From positions 704,001 through 768,000 of the forward strand of contig CAVSGP010000004.1 in the NCBI GenBank assembly GCA_963727505.1: DNA of 64,000 bases. The letters run 5' to 3'. Under the pieces are notes generated by a model. The model had not been told where the DNA came from. It saw nothing but the letters and a program-made list of their open reading frames with translations, and made no database searches. A program made the translations under genes and the position numbers. This DNA is from an uncultured Trueperaceae bacterium. GTDB lineage: Bacteria > Deinococcota > Deinococci > Deinococcales > Trueperaceae. Positions 47,066-57,073 of the stretch are shown one piece after another; the first letter of the stretch is position 1; the number at the start of each line of letters is the position of its first letter.

Positions 47066-49579
47066 ATGACCGAGACCACGCAGGCCGACGCGGCCAGCTA
47101 CCGCACCGACCGCTACAACCCGCAGGAGATCGAGTCCAAGTGGCAGGCGCGCTGGCGCGAGCAGGGATTGTACGACGTCGACCTCGCGGACGACAGCCGT
47201 CCCAAGTACTACTTCCTGACCATGTACCCCTACCCCTCGGGCGACCTGCACGCGGGTCACTGGTACGCCGAGGCGCCGGCGGACGCCGCCGCCCGCTACC
47301 GCAGAATGCGCGGCTACAACGTGCTGTTCCCGATGGGATTCGACGCCTTCGGCCTGCCGGCCGAGAACGCGGCGATCAAGGCGGCCCGGGAGGGGCGCGA
47401 GGGCGTACACCCGGCACGGCTGACCTACGAGCGCATCGCCCGCATGGAGGAGCAGTTCTCCCAGATGGGCGCGATGTTCGACTGGTCGAAGAAGGTCGTC
47501 ACCTGCGATCCGGAGTACTACCGCTGGAACCAGTGGTTCTTCCTGCGCATGGTCGAGCGCGGGCTTGCCTACCGCAAGGAGTCGTTCGTCAACTGGGACC
47601 CGGTCGACCAGACGGTGCTCGCCAACGAGCAGGTGGTGAACGGTCGCGGCGACCGCTCGGGCGCCCTGGTCGAGCGTCGGCTCATGCCGCAGTGGCACTT
47701 CAAGATCACCGCCTACGCCGACGAGCTGCTGGACTTCTCGGGCCTCGACTGGCCGGAGCGGGTCAAGCTCATGCAGACCAACTGGATCGGGCGCTCCGAG
47801 GGCGCCGAGGTGAGATTCCAAAGCGAGCAGGGCGACCCCATCGAGGTCTTCACGACCCGTCCGGATACGCTCTGGGGGGCCACCTTCATGGTGCTGGCGC
47901 CCGAGCATCCGCTGGTGGCGAAGCTCACCAGCGATGAGCGGCGCGCCGAGGTCGAGGCCTACGTCGAGCGAGCCTCGCGCATGTCGGAGCTCGACCGCCA
48001 GGCCGAGGGCAAGGACAAGACCGGCGCCTTCATCGGCGCCTACGCCGTGAATCCCGTCAACGACATCCGCATCCCGATCTGGATCGCCGACTACGTGCTC
48101 ATGGGTTACGGCACCGGCGCCATCATGGGCGTGCCCGCCCACGACGAACGCGACTTCGACTTCGCTCGCCGCTTCGACCTGGACGTGACGCCCGTCATCC
48201 AGCCCGAGGACGCTCCGCTCGACGGCGCCACCATGACCGAGGCCTACACGGGGGACGGCGTCATGGCCAACTCCGGCCCGTTCGACGGCACGCCCAGCGG
48301 CAAGGAGGGGAACGCCGAAGGCATCCGGGCGGTCATCGCCTGGCTGGAGGAGCGGGGCATCGGCTCCGGCAAGGTCACCTACCGGCTTCGTGACTGGCTC
48401 ATCTCGCGCCAGCGCTACTGGGGGACGCCGATCCCGATGCTCTACTGCGAGCGCTGCGGCATCCAGCCCGAGAAGGACGCGAACCTGCCGGTGGTCCTGC
48501 CCGACGACGTGGCGTTCATGCCGACCGGCGAGTCGCCGTTGAAGACGCATCCGAGCTTCCTGGAAGCCACCTGCCCGTCGTGCGGCGGCCCGGCCACCCG
48601 CGAGACCGACACCATGGACACGTTCATGGACTCGTCCTGGTACTGGTTCCGCTACCTGAGCCCGCACCGCGACGACGTTCCCTTCGACCGTGCGTTGGTG
48701 GAGCGCTGGACGCCGGTCGACACCTATACCGGCGGCATCGAGCACGCCATCTTGCACCTGCTCTACGCTCGGTTCTTCACCAAGGTCCTGCGCGACCTGG
48801 GTCTGCACGGTATCGATGAGCCCTTCCAGCGGCTGCGCAACCAGGGGATGATCCTGGGCGAGGACAACGAGAAGATGTCGAAGTCGCGGGGCAACGTGGT
48901 CAACCCCGACGCGCTGGTGGCGGAGTACGGCGCCGACGCGGTGCGCACCTACCTGATGTTCATCGGGCCCTGGGACCAGGGCGCGCCCTGGAGCTACCAG
49001 GGCATCGAGGGCGTGACCCGCTTCCTGGCGCGCGTCTGGAGCCTCGTGCTCGACCCCGCCGAGGACGGTGGGAGCGCCGACGACGCCAGCCTGCGCGAGT
49101 TGAGACGCGCCGTGCACGCCGCCACCCAGGCGGTCACCGATGACTTCGAGTCCTTCCAGTTCAATACCGCGGTGGCCGAGCTGATGACCCTGCAGAACGC
49201 CATGGGCAAGGCCAAGAACGGCGCCATGACGCGGTCCGATGTCTGGCACGAGGCCTGTCGCACGCTGCTGTTGCTGCTCGCCCCCATCGCCCCCCACGTG
49301 AGCGAAGAGCTGTGGCAGCGACTGGGGTCGGAAGACTCGGTGCACCTGCAGGCGTGGCCCGCATTCGATCCCGATGCGCTGGTGCAGGACACCGTCACCA
49401 TGGCGGTGCAGGTCAACGGCAAGGTCCGGGGGCAGATCGAGGTGCCGCCCGACGCGGATCAGAACGTGGTGCTGGAGGCCGCGCGCAACGAGTCCAACGT
49501 GGCCCGCTACCTCGCATCCGGCACCGTGCAGCGAGAGATCGTCGTGCCCGGAAAACTCGTCAGCTTCGTGGTGCGCTGA
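47066..49579 (+). CDS. leuS: Leucine--tRNA ligase
   Basis: MYPYPSGDLHAGH (HIGH), FTTRPDT editing domain, RLRDWLISRQRYWG, KMSKS. Confidence 0.97.
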   Translation: MTETTQADAASYRTDRYNPQEIESKWQARWREQGLYDVDLADDSRPKYYFLTMYPYPSGDLHAGHWYAEAPADAAARYRRMRGYNVLFPMGFDAFGLPAENAAIKAAREGREGVHPARLTYERIARMEEQFSQMGAMFDWSKKVVTCDPEYYRWNQWFFLRMVERGLAYRKESFVNWDPVDQTVLANEQVVNGRGDRSGALVERRLMPQWHFKITAYADELLDFSGLDWPERVKLMQTNWIGRSEGAEVRFQSEQGDPIEVFTTRPDTLWGATFMVLAPEHPLVAKLTSDERRAEVEAYVERASRMSELDRQAEGKDKTGAFIGAYAVNPVNDIRIPIWIADYVLMGYGTGAIMGVPAHDERDFDFARRFDLDVTPVIQPEDAPLDGATMTEAYTGDGVMANSGPFDGTPSGKEGNAEGIRAVIAWLEERGIGSGKVTYRLRDWLISRQRYWGTPIPMLYCERCGIQPEKDANLPVVLPDDVAFMPTGESPLKTHPSFLEATCPSCGGPATRETDTMDTFMDSSWYWFRYLSPHRDDVPFDRALVERWTPVDTYTGGIEHAILHLLYARFFTKVLRDLGLHGIDEPFQRLRNQGMILGEDNEKMSKSRGNVVNPDALVAEYGADAVRTYLMFIGPWDQGAPWSYQGIEGVTRFLARVWSLVLDPAEDGGSADDASLRELRRAVHAATQAVTDDFESFQFNTAVAELMTLQNAMGKAKNGAMTRSDVWHEACRTLLLLLAPIAPHVSEELWQRLGSEDSVHLQAWPAFDPDALVQDTVTMAVQVNGKVRGQIEVPPDADQNVVLEAARNESNVARYLASGTVQREIVVPGKLVSFVVR

Positions 49580-49600
49580 GGCGGCGGCCGCTCTTCAGCG

Positions 49601-50383
49601 CTACTGGGGCGCCAGCAGGACGACTTCGCTGAGCGTGGACAGGTCGACGGCCGGCTGCACGATGAAGCTGCGCCGCAGCTCGTTGGGGTTGGGGGGAAGC
49701 ACCTGCTCGACGGTCCCGACCAGCACGCCGTTCGGGAAGAGCCCGCCGTAGCTGGACGTCTCGACCCTGTCGCCCACCTCCACCGGCTTGTCGGCGATGA
49801 AGTCGGTGACGCGGATGCGTCCACCCACCTCGCCCACGGCGATGCCCTGCCCGCCGCGGCCGCGAACGGTGACGCCGACGCGCGATTGCGGGTCGAGCAG
49901 CGTGCGCACCACCGCGTTGTGCGTCGAGACGTCGGTCACGATCCCCACCAGGCCCTCCGGCACCGACACCGGCATGTTCGGGAGCACGCCGTCCTGCGTT
50001 CCCTTGCTGAGGTTGAGGCGGGCGAAGGCCGGGCCGCTGCTGCCGCCGATGACCGACGCGGTGGTCACGACGCCGGGCGACTGTTCCTGGCGGACGGCGA
50101 GCACCTCGCGCAGCCGCTGCAGCTCGAGCTCGAGGTCGCGGTTGGTCTGCTGGAGCCCCGCCACCCGCTGCTGCAAGGCGGACACCTCGTGGCGCAGGTC
50201 GCTGCGGTCGGCCAGGCTGCGCGCCGTGGCGCGGACGTTCATGCCGGAGCGGTAGAGCAGGTTGTGCGGGAGCGCCACGGAAGCCGAGACGTCGGCCGGC
50301 ACCCGGCCGACGAAGGCCGTGATGACGAAGGTCAGCAGCCCCAGCGCCAGGAGCACGTACCAGGCGCGGAGCAGGCTAGACAA
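49601..50383 (-). CDS. mreC: Rod shape-determining protein MreC
   Basis: TM plus coiled coil, KGTQDGV..NMPV..GLVG, GD.V.TS..GGLFP.G..VG.V; follows maf. Confidence 0.88.
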   Translation of the reverse strand: MSSLLRAWYVLLALGLLTFVITAFVGRVPADVSASVALPHNLLYRSGMNVRATARSLADRSDLRHEVSALQQRVAGLQQTNRDLELELQRLREVLAVRQEQSPGVVTTASVIGGSSGPAFARLNLSKGTQDGVLPNMPVSVPEGLVGIVTDVSTHNAVVRTLLDPQSRVGVTVRGRGGQGIAVGEVGGRIRVTDFIADKPVEVGDRVETSSYGGLFPNGVLVGTVEQVLPPNPNELRRSFIVQPAVDLSTLSEVVLLAPQ

Positions 50384-50951
50384 GGCGGACCCCCAGGCGC
50401 GAGGCGGCCTCGACCACCGTCGGCACGCTCAGGCCGACCACGTTGAAGTAGCACCCTACGAGGCTGCCGACGAGCGCAGAGCCGCGGCCCTGGATGGCGT
50501 AGCCACCTGCCTTGTCGAGCCCCTCGCCGCTGGCCACGTAGCGTTCGATCTCGCCCTCGTCGAACGCGCGCATCCGCACCTCGGTGTCGACGACGACGGT
50601 CTCGCGACGCCCGCCCCTGAGCAGCGTGTGGCCGGTGAACACGTGATGGGCCCGGCCGGCGAGACGGCGCAGGAACGCCCGGTTCTCCTCGGGTCCGTCG
50701 GGCTTGCCGAGAACCGCGCCGTCGACCACCACCACGGTGTCGGCTGCCACCACCAGGGCCCCTTCGTCGTCGCGCAGGGCGACCGCGGCAGCCGCCTTGT
50801 GCTGGCTGAGACGGCGCACCAGTGGCTCTGCGGCCTCACCTTCGAGGGGCGTCTCGTCGATGTCGACGGGAAGCACCTCGAAGCGCAGCCCCAGGGCACA
50901 CAGCAGGTCCTTGCGGCGCGGGGAGCCGCTGGCGAGCACGATCGTCGTCAC
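50376..50951 (-). CDS. maf: Maf-family nucleoside triphosphate pyrophosphatase
   Basis: LASGSPRR, AADTVV..LGKP, DKAGGYAIQG, NVVGL. Confidence 0.93.
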   Translation of the reverse strand: MTTIVLASGSPRRKDLLCALGLRFEVLPVDIDETPLEGEAAEPLVRRLSQHKAAAAVALRDDEGALVVAADTVVVVDGAVLGKPDGPEENRAFLRRLAGRAHHVFTGHTLLRGGRRETVVVDTEVRMRAFDEGEIERYVASGEGLDKAGGYAIQGRGSALVGSLVGCYFNVVGLSVPTVVEAASRLGVRLV

Positions 50952-51055
50952 CCCACCAGTGTACCTGGACACGGCCGCCCGTCCGCACCCCGGAGGTCGC
51001 CACGCCATCGCGACCGTCCTCGTCGGGGACGGTAGACTACCGCGGGAGGCCGGAC

Positions 51056-51748
51056 ATGGAACCCTTGGAACGGTGGAAGCGCGATGCCGCGGAGCGCGCG
51101 CTCGCCCTGGTGGAACGCGGCATGCTCCTGGGGCTGGGATCGGGAAGCACCGTCCGGCACTTCATCGCCGGTCTCGGTGAGCGGCTGGCTTCTGGTGCAT
51201 TGGAGCGCGTGCTGGCCGTGCCGTCTTCCCGCGAGAGCGGCGCGCAGGCGACCGCACTCGGGATCCCGCTCACCGAGCTGCCGGCAACGGGCCTCGACCT
51301 CGCCGTTGACGGGATGGACGAGGTCACTCCCGCTCTCGACGTCATCAAGGGGTTGGGCGGCGCGCTCACGCGCGAGAAAATCGTCGCCTCGAGCGCCCGA
51401 CGGTTCGTGCTCATCGGCGACGATCGCAAGCGCGTGACGCGGCTGGGCGAGCGCTCCCCCGTTCCGGTCGAGGTGGTCGCGTTCGGCCTGCGCCGCACCC
51501 GAGCACTGCTCGAGGGGTTGGGCGCGCGCCCGACCCAGCGCGGCGGCGACGCGGACCCCTTCGTGACCGACAACGGCAACCGGATCTTCGACCTGGCGTT
51601 CCCCGCCGGCTTCGCGCCCGAGGAGTTGGCGGCGGCGCTGGCGGACCTGCCGGGCGTCGTCGAGCACGGGCTGTTCCTGGGGATGGCCGAGCGGGCGTTC
51701 CTCGCCGGCGCGAGCGGCGTCACGGAGATGACGCCGGAACGTCCGTGA
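51056..51748 (+). CDS. rpiA: Ribose-5-phosphate isomerase A
   Basis: GLGSGST, DGMDEV, IKGLGGALTREK, TDNGN, GVVEHGLF. Confidence 0.94.
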   Translation: MEPLERWKRDAAERALALVERGMLLGLGSGSTVRHFIAGLGERLASGALERVLAVPSSRESGAQATALGIPLTELPATGLDLAVDGMDEVTPALDVIKGLGGALTREKIVASSARRFVLIGDDRKRVTRLGERSPVPVEVVAFGLRRTRALLEGLGARPTQRGGDADPFVTDNGNRIFDLAFPAGFAPEELAAALADLPGVVEHGLFLGMAERAFLAGASGVTEMTPERP

Positions 51749-51755
51749 GGGCGGC

Positions 51756-52136
51756 GTGATCGTCGCCGTCGGCATCGACATGATCGAGCTCGAGCGCGTC
51801 CGGGCCGTGCTCGAACGGCACCCCGACCGCTTCCTGGAGCGCCACTTCCATCCGGGCGAGCGCGCCGAGCTGCGCAGTCGCGCCGATCCGGTGCCGGGGC
51901 TGGCCGCCCGCTTCGCGGCCAAGGAGGCCTTCCAGAAGTGCTGGCCCGAGACGTTCGGCTGGCGCGACGTATGGGTCGTCAAGGAGGGGCGGCGGCCGCG
52001 ACTGGCGTTCTCGCCTGCCCTGACCGCCGCCCTGCTCGAGCAGCACCTCGAGGCCCATCTGTCGCTGACGCACACCCGCGAGCACGCCGCGGCGGTGGTG
52101 GTGTTGGAGCGGCGCGAGGCGCCGCCCCCCGGTTAG
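51756..52136 (+). CDS. acpS: Holo-ACP synthase
   Basis: GIDMIE, AARFAAKEA, HLSLTH. Confidence 0.92.
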   Translation: MIVAVGIDMIELERVRAVLERHPDRFLERHFHPGERAELRSRADPVPGLAARFAAKEAFQKCWPETFGWRDVWVVKEGRRPRLAFSPALTAALLEQHLEAHLSLTHTREHAAAVVVLERREAPPPG

Positions 52137-52146
52137 AAACCCTCGC

Positions 52147-52785
52147 CTAGAATCCCTCGGCCGCCTCGGCCAGGCCCTCATCGTCGAGCAGCACGATGCT
52201 GCGGTAGCCGGAACGGATGAGGCCTTCGCTGCGGAGCTCGGTGATGATCTTGGACACGCTCTCGCGGGTGCTGGCGGTGCCCTCCGCAACGAGCTCGTGG
52301 GTGGCGGCCACCACCACACGCCCCTCCTCGTCGGACCGGGCCAGCGGCGTCTGCGACAACACCAGGAGGTAGCGGGCAACGCGGGCGCGCAGGTCGCCCG
52401 TCTGCAGGTGGTACTCGTAGTCCATCAGGCGACGCATCTGGTCGGACAGGGAGCGCGTGATGTGCATCAGGTGCCCCGCCTCGATGCGGTCCGGATCGAT
52501 GGCATCGATGCTCGCCAGGGTGAGCGCTTCGGCGATCTCGCCGCGCTCGCCGGCCATCAGGGCGTCCTCGCCGAAGAAGTCGCCGGGCATGACGTGACGG
52601 ACGGTCAGGGTGCGGCCCTCCGGCGTCATCCGGGTGATGCGGATGAGGCCGTCGCGGACCCGGTAGACCGAGCGGGCCGGGTCGCCGCTGAGGTAGAGCG
52701 TCTGGCGACGCTGGTAGTTGAGGGTCTGGCTGGGGGCGTCGAACGCCGTCTGCTCAGGGGTAGAGGAGTTCCGTCGAACGTGCAT
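52147..52785 (-). CDS. CRP/FNR-family regulator (LdrP-like)
   Basis: YRVRDGLIRI, PGDFFGE, THE..AEGTASTRESVSK HTH; directly downstream of carH. Confidence 0.85.
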   Translation of the reverse strand: MHVRRNSSTPEQTAFDAPSQTLNYQRRQTLYLSGDPARSVYRVRDGLIRITRMTPEGRTLTVRHVMPGDFFGEDALMAGERGEIAEALTLASIDAIDPDRIEAGHLMHITRSLSDQMRRLMDYEYHLQTGDLRARVARYLLVLSQTPLARSDEEGRVVVAATHELVAEGTASTRESVSKIITELRSEGLIRSGYRSIVLLDDEGLAEAAEGF

Positions 52786-52931
52786 GTGCACCTCCGTGCG
52801 CTCTCCCAACCGTCGGGAGGCTAGATGCGGGTGGTGGCGCCGCCCCTAGGGGGTCGGCGGGGGACCGAGCACGAGGGTCTCGGGGTCGCGCTGGCAGGCG
52901 CGGCGCACGTCGGGGCCCGGCCGAGGCCCGT

Positions 52932-53840
52932 TCATGCGCCGGCCGCTCCGTTACGGCCCAAGATCTCGTCGAAACGCTTCACGGCTTCGCCGACATCGTC
53001 GGCGAGGTACACGCCTCCCAGGCGCTCGGCCCGGGAGGGGTCGTGATCGAAGGCGGCGCCACCGTAGACCACCAGCGGCGCGAGCTGCCTCAACAGCTCG
53101 ACGTGCTGCTCGAGCGCGTCCAGCGCTTCGGCCGCTGAGGCCGACAGCATCACGGCGGAGGCACCGAGGTGCCGCGCCATGGCGTTCAAGTCCGACACCG
53201 GCGTGTCGGCGCCGACGTAGTAGACGGCATGCCCGGCGCGCCTCAGCAATACGGCGAGCATGAGGGCGCCGAGTTCGTGATGGTCGCCGGGCGCGCACGC
53301 CACGATGACCGCGGGACCGTGCACGTGGCTGGCAGCCAGGCTCATCAGGTGCCGCAGCCAACCCTGCACGAAGCTCGAGCTGAAGTGCTCGGTGGTGGTG
53401 TCGATGCGGCCGTCATGCCACAGATCGCCGATGTCGACCATGGCCCCCGCGATGACGTCGGGCACCACCGTCTCGACCGGGTGGAGGGCGTGCGCTTCGC
53501 CGAGCACGTGTTCGGCACGGTCCTCGTCGAGGGCCAGGAAGGCTTCGACGAGGCGGCGGCGCAGGACGTCGGTGGGCAGGGGGCTCGCGTCGGCGGGACC
53601 CGTGCGTGCCACCAACTCGGCAGCGCGGGAAGCCGGCACGCCGTCGGCGATGTGATGCTTCATCGCCTCGATGGCGCGGAGGTCTTCGTCGGAGTACAGG
53701 CGATAGCCCGCCTCGGAGCGCTCCGGATGCGGCACGCCGTAGCGCCGCTCCCACTGCCGAAGCGTTCCCGCGGCGACGGCCGTGCGCTCAACGACTTCGT
53801 TGACGGTGTACTTTCCGATGTTGGTCGCGATGTTGGTCAT
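52932..53840 (-). CDS. carH: B12-dependent photoreceptor / MerR regulator CarH (LitR)
   Basis: LRQWERRYG..P.R..GYRLYS HTH; W-x9-EH motif; PGDHHELG cobalamin-binding motif. Confidence 0.88.
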   Translation of the reverse strand: MTNIATNIGKYTVNEVVERTAVAAGTLRQWERRYGVPHPERSEAGYRLYSDEDLRAIEAMKHHIADGVPASRAAELVARTGPADASPLPTDVLRRRLVEAFLALDEDRAEHVLGEAHALHPVETVVPDVIAGAMVDIGDLWHDGRIDTTTEHFSSSFVQGWLRHLMSLAASHVHGPAVIVACAPGDHHELGALMLAVLLRRAGHAVYYVGADTPVSDLNAMARHLGASAVMLSASAAEALDALEQHVELLRQLAPLVVYGGAAFDHDPSRAERLGGVYLADDVGEAVKRFDEILGRNGAAGA

Positions 53841-53857
53841 GTGGGCTCCGAGGCGAG

Positions 53858-53914
53858 TGTACAACCCCTGTCTAACGTTAGACGAATGGTAGTACATACC
53901 TTGAACGCTGTCAA
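53858..53914 (-). promoter_or_regulatory. carH promoter with putative CarH operator repeats
   Basis: TTGACA-N17-TACCAT; TGTACT, TAGACA and TGTACA in 11-bp register; 14-bp palindrome GTCTAACGTTAGAC. Confidence 0.65.
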
Positions 53915-54067
53915 GCCTCTCCGTGATCGCACCTCCTGAAGAGACACGCTTCCAGGGCTCCCATGGGGCCCTTCTTGATGTTGAAGGTCTGTACATCCAT
54001 TCGCCCGGCCCGGCTCCGCCCGGCGCCCTGCCGGGCCGCCGGGCGCTCGTGCGGTAGCATGCCTGCC

Positions 54068-54526
54068 ATGCCCGAACCGCACAAGCAGGTCACCGCCTAC
54101 ACCGACGGGTCGTGCGAGACGCGCAGTGGTGACGGGGGATGGGCCTACCTTCTGCTCTACAACGGCGCCCGGAAGCGCGCCAGCGGCTTCGAGGCCGCCA
54201 CCACCAACAACCGCATGGAGCTCACCGCGGCGGTGCGCGCCCTCGAAGCGCTGCGCGAACCCTGCGACGTCACCGTGGTCACCGACAGCCAGTACCTCAA
54301 GAAGGCGTTCACCGACGGCTGGCTCGAGGCCTGGCAGCGCAACGGCTGGCGCACCGCCGGCCGCACGGCGGTCAAGAACCAGGATCTCTGGCAGGAGCTG
54401 CTTCGCCTGACCGAGCGGCACACCGTTGCGTGGTCGTGGACACGCGGCCACGCGGGCCACAACGAGAACGAGGAAGTCGACGGGCTGGCGCTGGCGGCGC
54501 GCAAGCAGCGCCGCGCAGAGCCCTAG
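54068..54526 (+). CDS. rnhA: Ribonuclease HI
   Basis: YTDGSC, TTNNRMEL, TDSQY, VKNQDLW, GHAGH..NE..D. Confidence 0.95.
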   Translation: MPEPHKQVTAYTDGSCETRSGDGGWAYLLLYNGARKRASGFEAATTNNRMELTAAVRALEALREPCDVTVVTDSQYLKKAFTDGWLEAWQRNGWRTAGRTAVKNQDLWQELLRLTERHTVAWSWTRGHAGHNENEEVDGLALAARKQRRAEP

Positions 54527-55647
54527 CCGCCGGGCGCTTCGGCCAGACAGGCCAGCAAGCGCTCGAAGGCGCGGTAGCCCTCGACGAGCGAGGCGGGCTC
54601 GAGCCATTCGGACGAGCGGTGGGCGTCGCCGCCCCGGTAGACGCCGAACGCGATCGCGGGCAGGCCGTGCGCCAGGGCCGCGTTGGCATCGGTGCTGCTC
54701 GCCACCACCGCGGCGTGGCGCTCGCCGTCTTGCAGCGCTCGCAGCGCGCACGTCACGAGCCGGGCGTTGTCGACCCGGGCGACCGGCCGATCGCCGATCT
54801 GGGTGATCTCCACCGCGCAGCCCGTGCGTCGCGCCGCGCTCTCGATCGCGGCCCGGGCGCGCCCTTCGAGGTCCTCGAGCACGCCCGGATCGAGGCTCCG
54901 CAGGTCGAGGTTGAAGCCCGCTTCCTGCGCGATGGCGTTGATCGAGGTGCCGCCCCACATCTGGCCGACGTTGAGCGACGAGCGCGGCTCTGCCGGCACG
55001 CGCAGGGCGTTCAGGGCGTGGATGGCCTCGCCCGCGGCGTGCACCGCACTGGGCGTGGGGTAGTCACCCCAGGAGTGCCCGCCGGCACCCCGGAAGCCGG
55101 TACGCAAGCGCCGCGAGCCCACCGCCTGCGCCACGATCGTGCCCAAGTGGCCGTCGAGCGCCACGAACAGGTCGTGCGACGCCCCCCGATCGGCCACGAG
55201 CTGTCGTGCGCCGCGGAGGTCGCCTTCGCCCTCCTCCCCCACGGTCGCCGCGACCGTCAGGTGCGGCCGCAGATCCTCCGAACCGGTCCCGCTACGCTGG
55301 ACGAAAGCGCTCAGCACCGCCAGGCTGGCGCTGTTGTCGCCGATGCCGGGCGCGCACAGGCGCTCGCCGTCGCGCTGCACCCGAACGTCGGTGCCGGCAC
55401 CGAACACGGTGTCCAGGTGCGCGGCCACCAGCACCCGTGGACCCCGTCCACCCGGCAACGTCGCCACCACGTTCCCCGCGGCGTCGCGTTCCACCGGCAA
55501 GCCTGCACGGCTCCACAGCCCCGCGATCAGGTCTGCGCGCGCGGCCTCCCCGAAGGGAGGCGCCGGCGTCTCGGTGATGGTCTTCAGATGCTGTTCGAGC
55601 GCGCGGCTCAGCGCGAGTCCTACCTCGGAGCGCGCCTCCGGGGGCAC
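54523..55647 (-). CDS. M20/M25/M40 metallo-hydrolase
   Basis: AAHLDTVF, APGIGDN, GEEGEGDLRG, GGHSW, STDAN. Confidence 0.88.
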   Translation of the reverse strand: MPPEARSEVGLALSRALEQHLKTITETPAPPFGEAARADLIAGLWSRAGLPVERDAAGNVVATLPGGRGPRVLVAAHLDTVFGAGTDVRVQRDGERLCAPGIGDNSASLAVLSAFVQRSGTGSEDLRPHLTVAATVGEEGEGDLRGARQLVADRGASHDLFVALDGHLGTIVAQAVGSRRLRTGFRGAGGHSWGDYPTPSAVHAAGEAIHALNALRVPAEPRSSLNVGQMWGGTSINAIAQEAGFNLDLRSLDPGVLEDLEGRARAAIESAARRTGCAVEITQIGDRPVARVDNARLVTCALRALQDGERHAAVVASSTDANAALAHGLPAIAFGVYRGGDAHRSSEWLEPASLVEGYRAFERLLACLAEAPGG

Positions 55648-55648
55648 C

Positions 55649-56311
55649 TCAGCTGTTGTCCTGGAGCGTCGCGATGCCCTCGCGCAACGCGTACAACGCC
55701 GCCTGCGTGCGGTTGTTCAGACGCAACTTGGAGAAGATCTCCGACAGGCGGTTGCGTACCGTCTTCTCGCTCACGCCGAGCGAATGGGCGATCTCCTGGT
55801 TGGACGCGCCCTGAGCCAGCAGCCTCAGGATGTCCTCCTCGCGCTCGGTGAGCTCGCTGATCTTGTGGTCGGGATGCTCGGGGAGCTCCCCCACCTTCCG
55901 GAACTCGTCGAGGATGGACGCCGCCATCTCCGCGTTCAGCAGCGTCTCGCCGGCAGCGACCCGCCGGATGGCGTCGATCAGATCGTTGGCGTCGGCGTCC
56001 TTCAGCAGGTAGCCGCGGGCGCCCACCTTGATCGCTTCGAAGACGTACTTGTCCTGCCGATACATGGTCAGGATGATGACCTTGGCGTCGGGCTGCTCGG
56101 CCAGCACCGCCTTGGTTGCAGCGACGCCGTCGAGCTCGGGCATCTGGATGTCCATCAGGACGACGTCCGGCCTGGTCTCGAGGGCATAGCGGACCGCCTC
56201 GCGCCCCGTCGACGCTTCTCCGATGATGCGAAAGTCGTCCTCGGTCTCGAGGATGCTCCTCAGACCTTGGCGGAACATGGCGTGGTCATCGCACAGGAGC
56301 AACCGAATCAT
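55649..56311 (-). CDS. NarL/LuxR-family response regulator (no adjacent kinase)
   Basis: DDH, LMDIQMP, GYLLK, LTERE...SNQEIA..L.VSEKTV. Confidence 0.94.
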   Translation of the reverse strand: MIRLLLCDDHAMFRQGLRSILETEDDFRIIGEASTGREAVRYALETRPDVVLMDIQMPELDGVAATKAVLAEQPDAKVIILTMYRQDKYVFEAIKVGARGYLLKDADANDLIDAIRRVAAGETLLNAEMAASILDEFRKVGELPEHPDHKISELTEREEDILRLLAQGASNQEIAHSLGVSEKTVRNRLSEIFSKLRLNNRTQAALYALREGIATLQDNS

Positions 56312-56491
56312 GATGGGGCCACTTTACCGCAGTCGGCGTCGTGATAACGTTGTGTTGCAGCTGCCGGGCTCGTGCCAGGCCGGATCGGTCGCACCCTCAT
56401 GGCCCCACCAGGCTCGAGTGCGGTCGGCGACCTGGCGGGAGCCCGGCAGCTGCACGAAGGAATGCGCAACAAGCCTTCACGAGGAGGACGC

Positions 56492-56977
56492 ATGGCACAT
56501 CCCAAGGGCGTCCTGATCGAACGGCTGCAGAAGTCGGGGCAGAACCGGCCCGAGTTCCGCAGTGAACGTACCGGTCCGGACCATCAACCCACCTTCCTCA
56601 GCGACGTCCTGGTCGACGGGCACGTGCTCGGCACCGGACAGGGTGGCAGCAAGCGTGAGGCGGAACGACATGCCGCGGAAGAGGCGCTCGCCGCCCTCGA
56701 CCGAGGCGGCGTCGTGCTGAACGGGAACGCCTCGGCTTCCGAGGCAGCGAACGAGGACTACCTCGACGACACGGCTCCGTTCGAAGGACCCTGGCCGGTG
56801 TTCGAGGCGGTCCTGGCGTCCAGCCTGCAGGTCGCCGATCGCCGGATCCCCGACCATCTGCGGGGCGACGAGGCCCGCACCGCGGTGCGCGACTTCGCGC
56901 TCTCGCTCTACAAGGACGTGCTGCAGGACCTGGGCGACGTCGTCGAGGAGGACGCCCTCGAGGACGAGGACGCCTGA
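56492..56977 (+). CDS. Stand-alone dsRNA-binding-domain protein with acidic C-terminus
   Basis: HPKG.L.E..Q, GPDHQPTF...V, G.G.SKREAE..AA..AL; GAGGAGG SD. Confidence 0.8.
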   Translation: MAHPKGVLIERLQKSGQNRPEFRSERTGPDHQPTFLSDVLVDGHVLGTGQGGSKREAERHAAEEALAALDRGGVVLNGNASASEAANEDYLDDTAPFEGPWPVFEAVLASSLQVADRRIPDHLRGDEARTAVRDFALSLYKDVLQDLGDVVEEDALEDEDA

Positions 56978-57073
56978 TTCATCGGGAACGAGGCGCGGGG
57001 GCGGGGTGGCGTCGCGGGGGAAGGATCGGGAGCTCGCAGCGAACCGGCAGGGGCGCCGCCTAACGCGTGGCGC

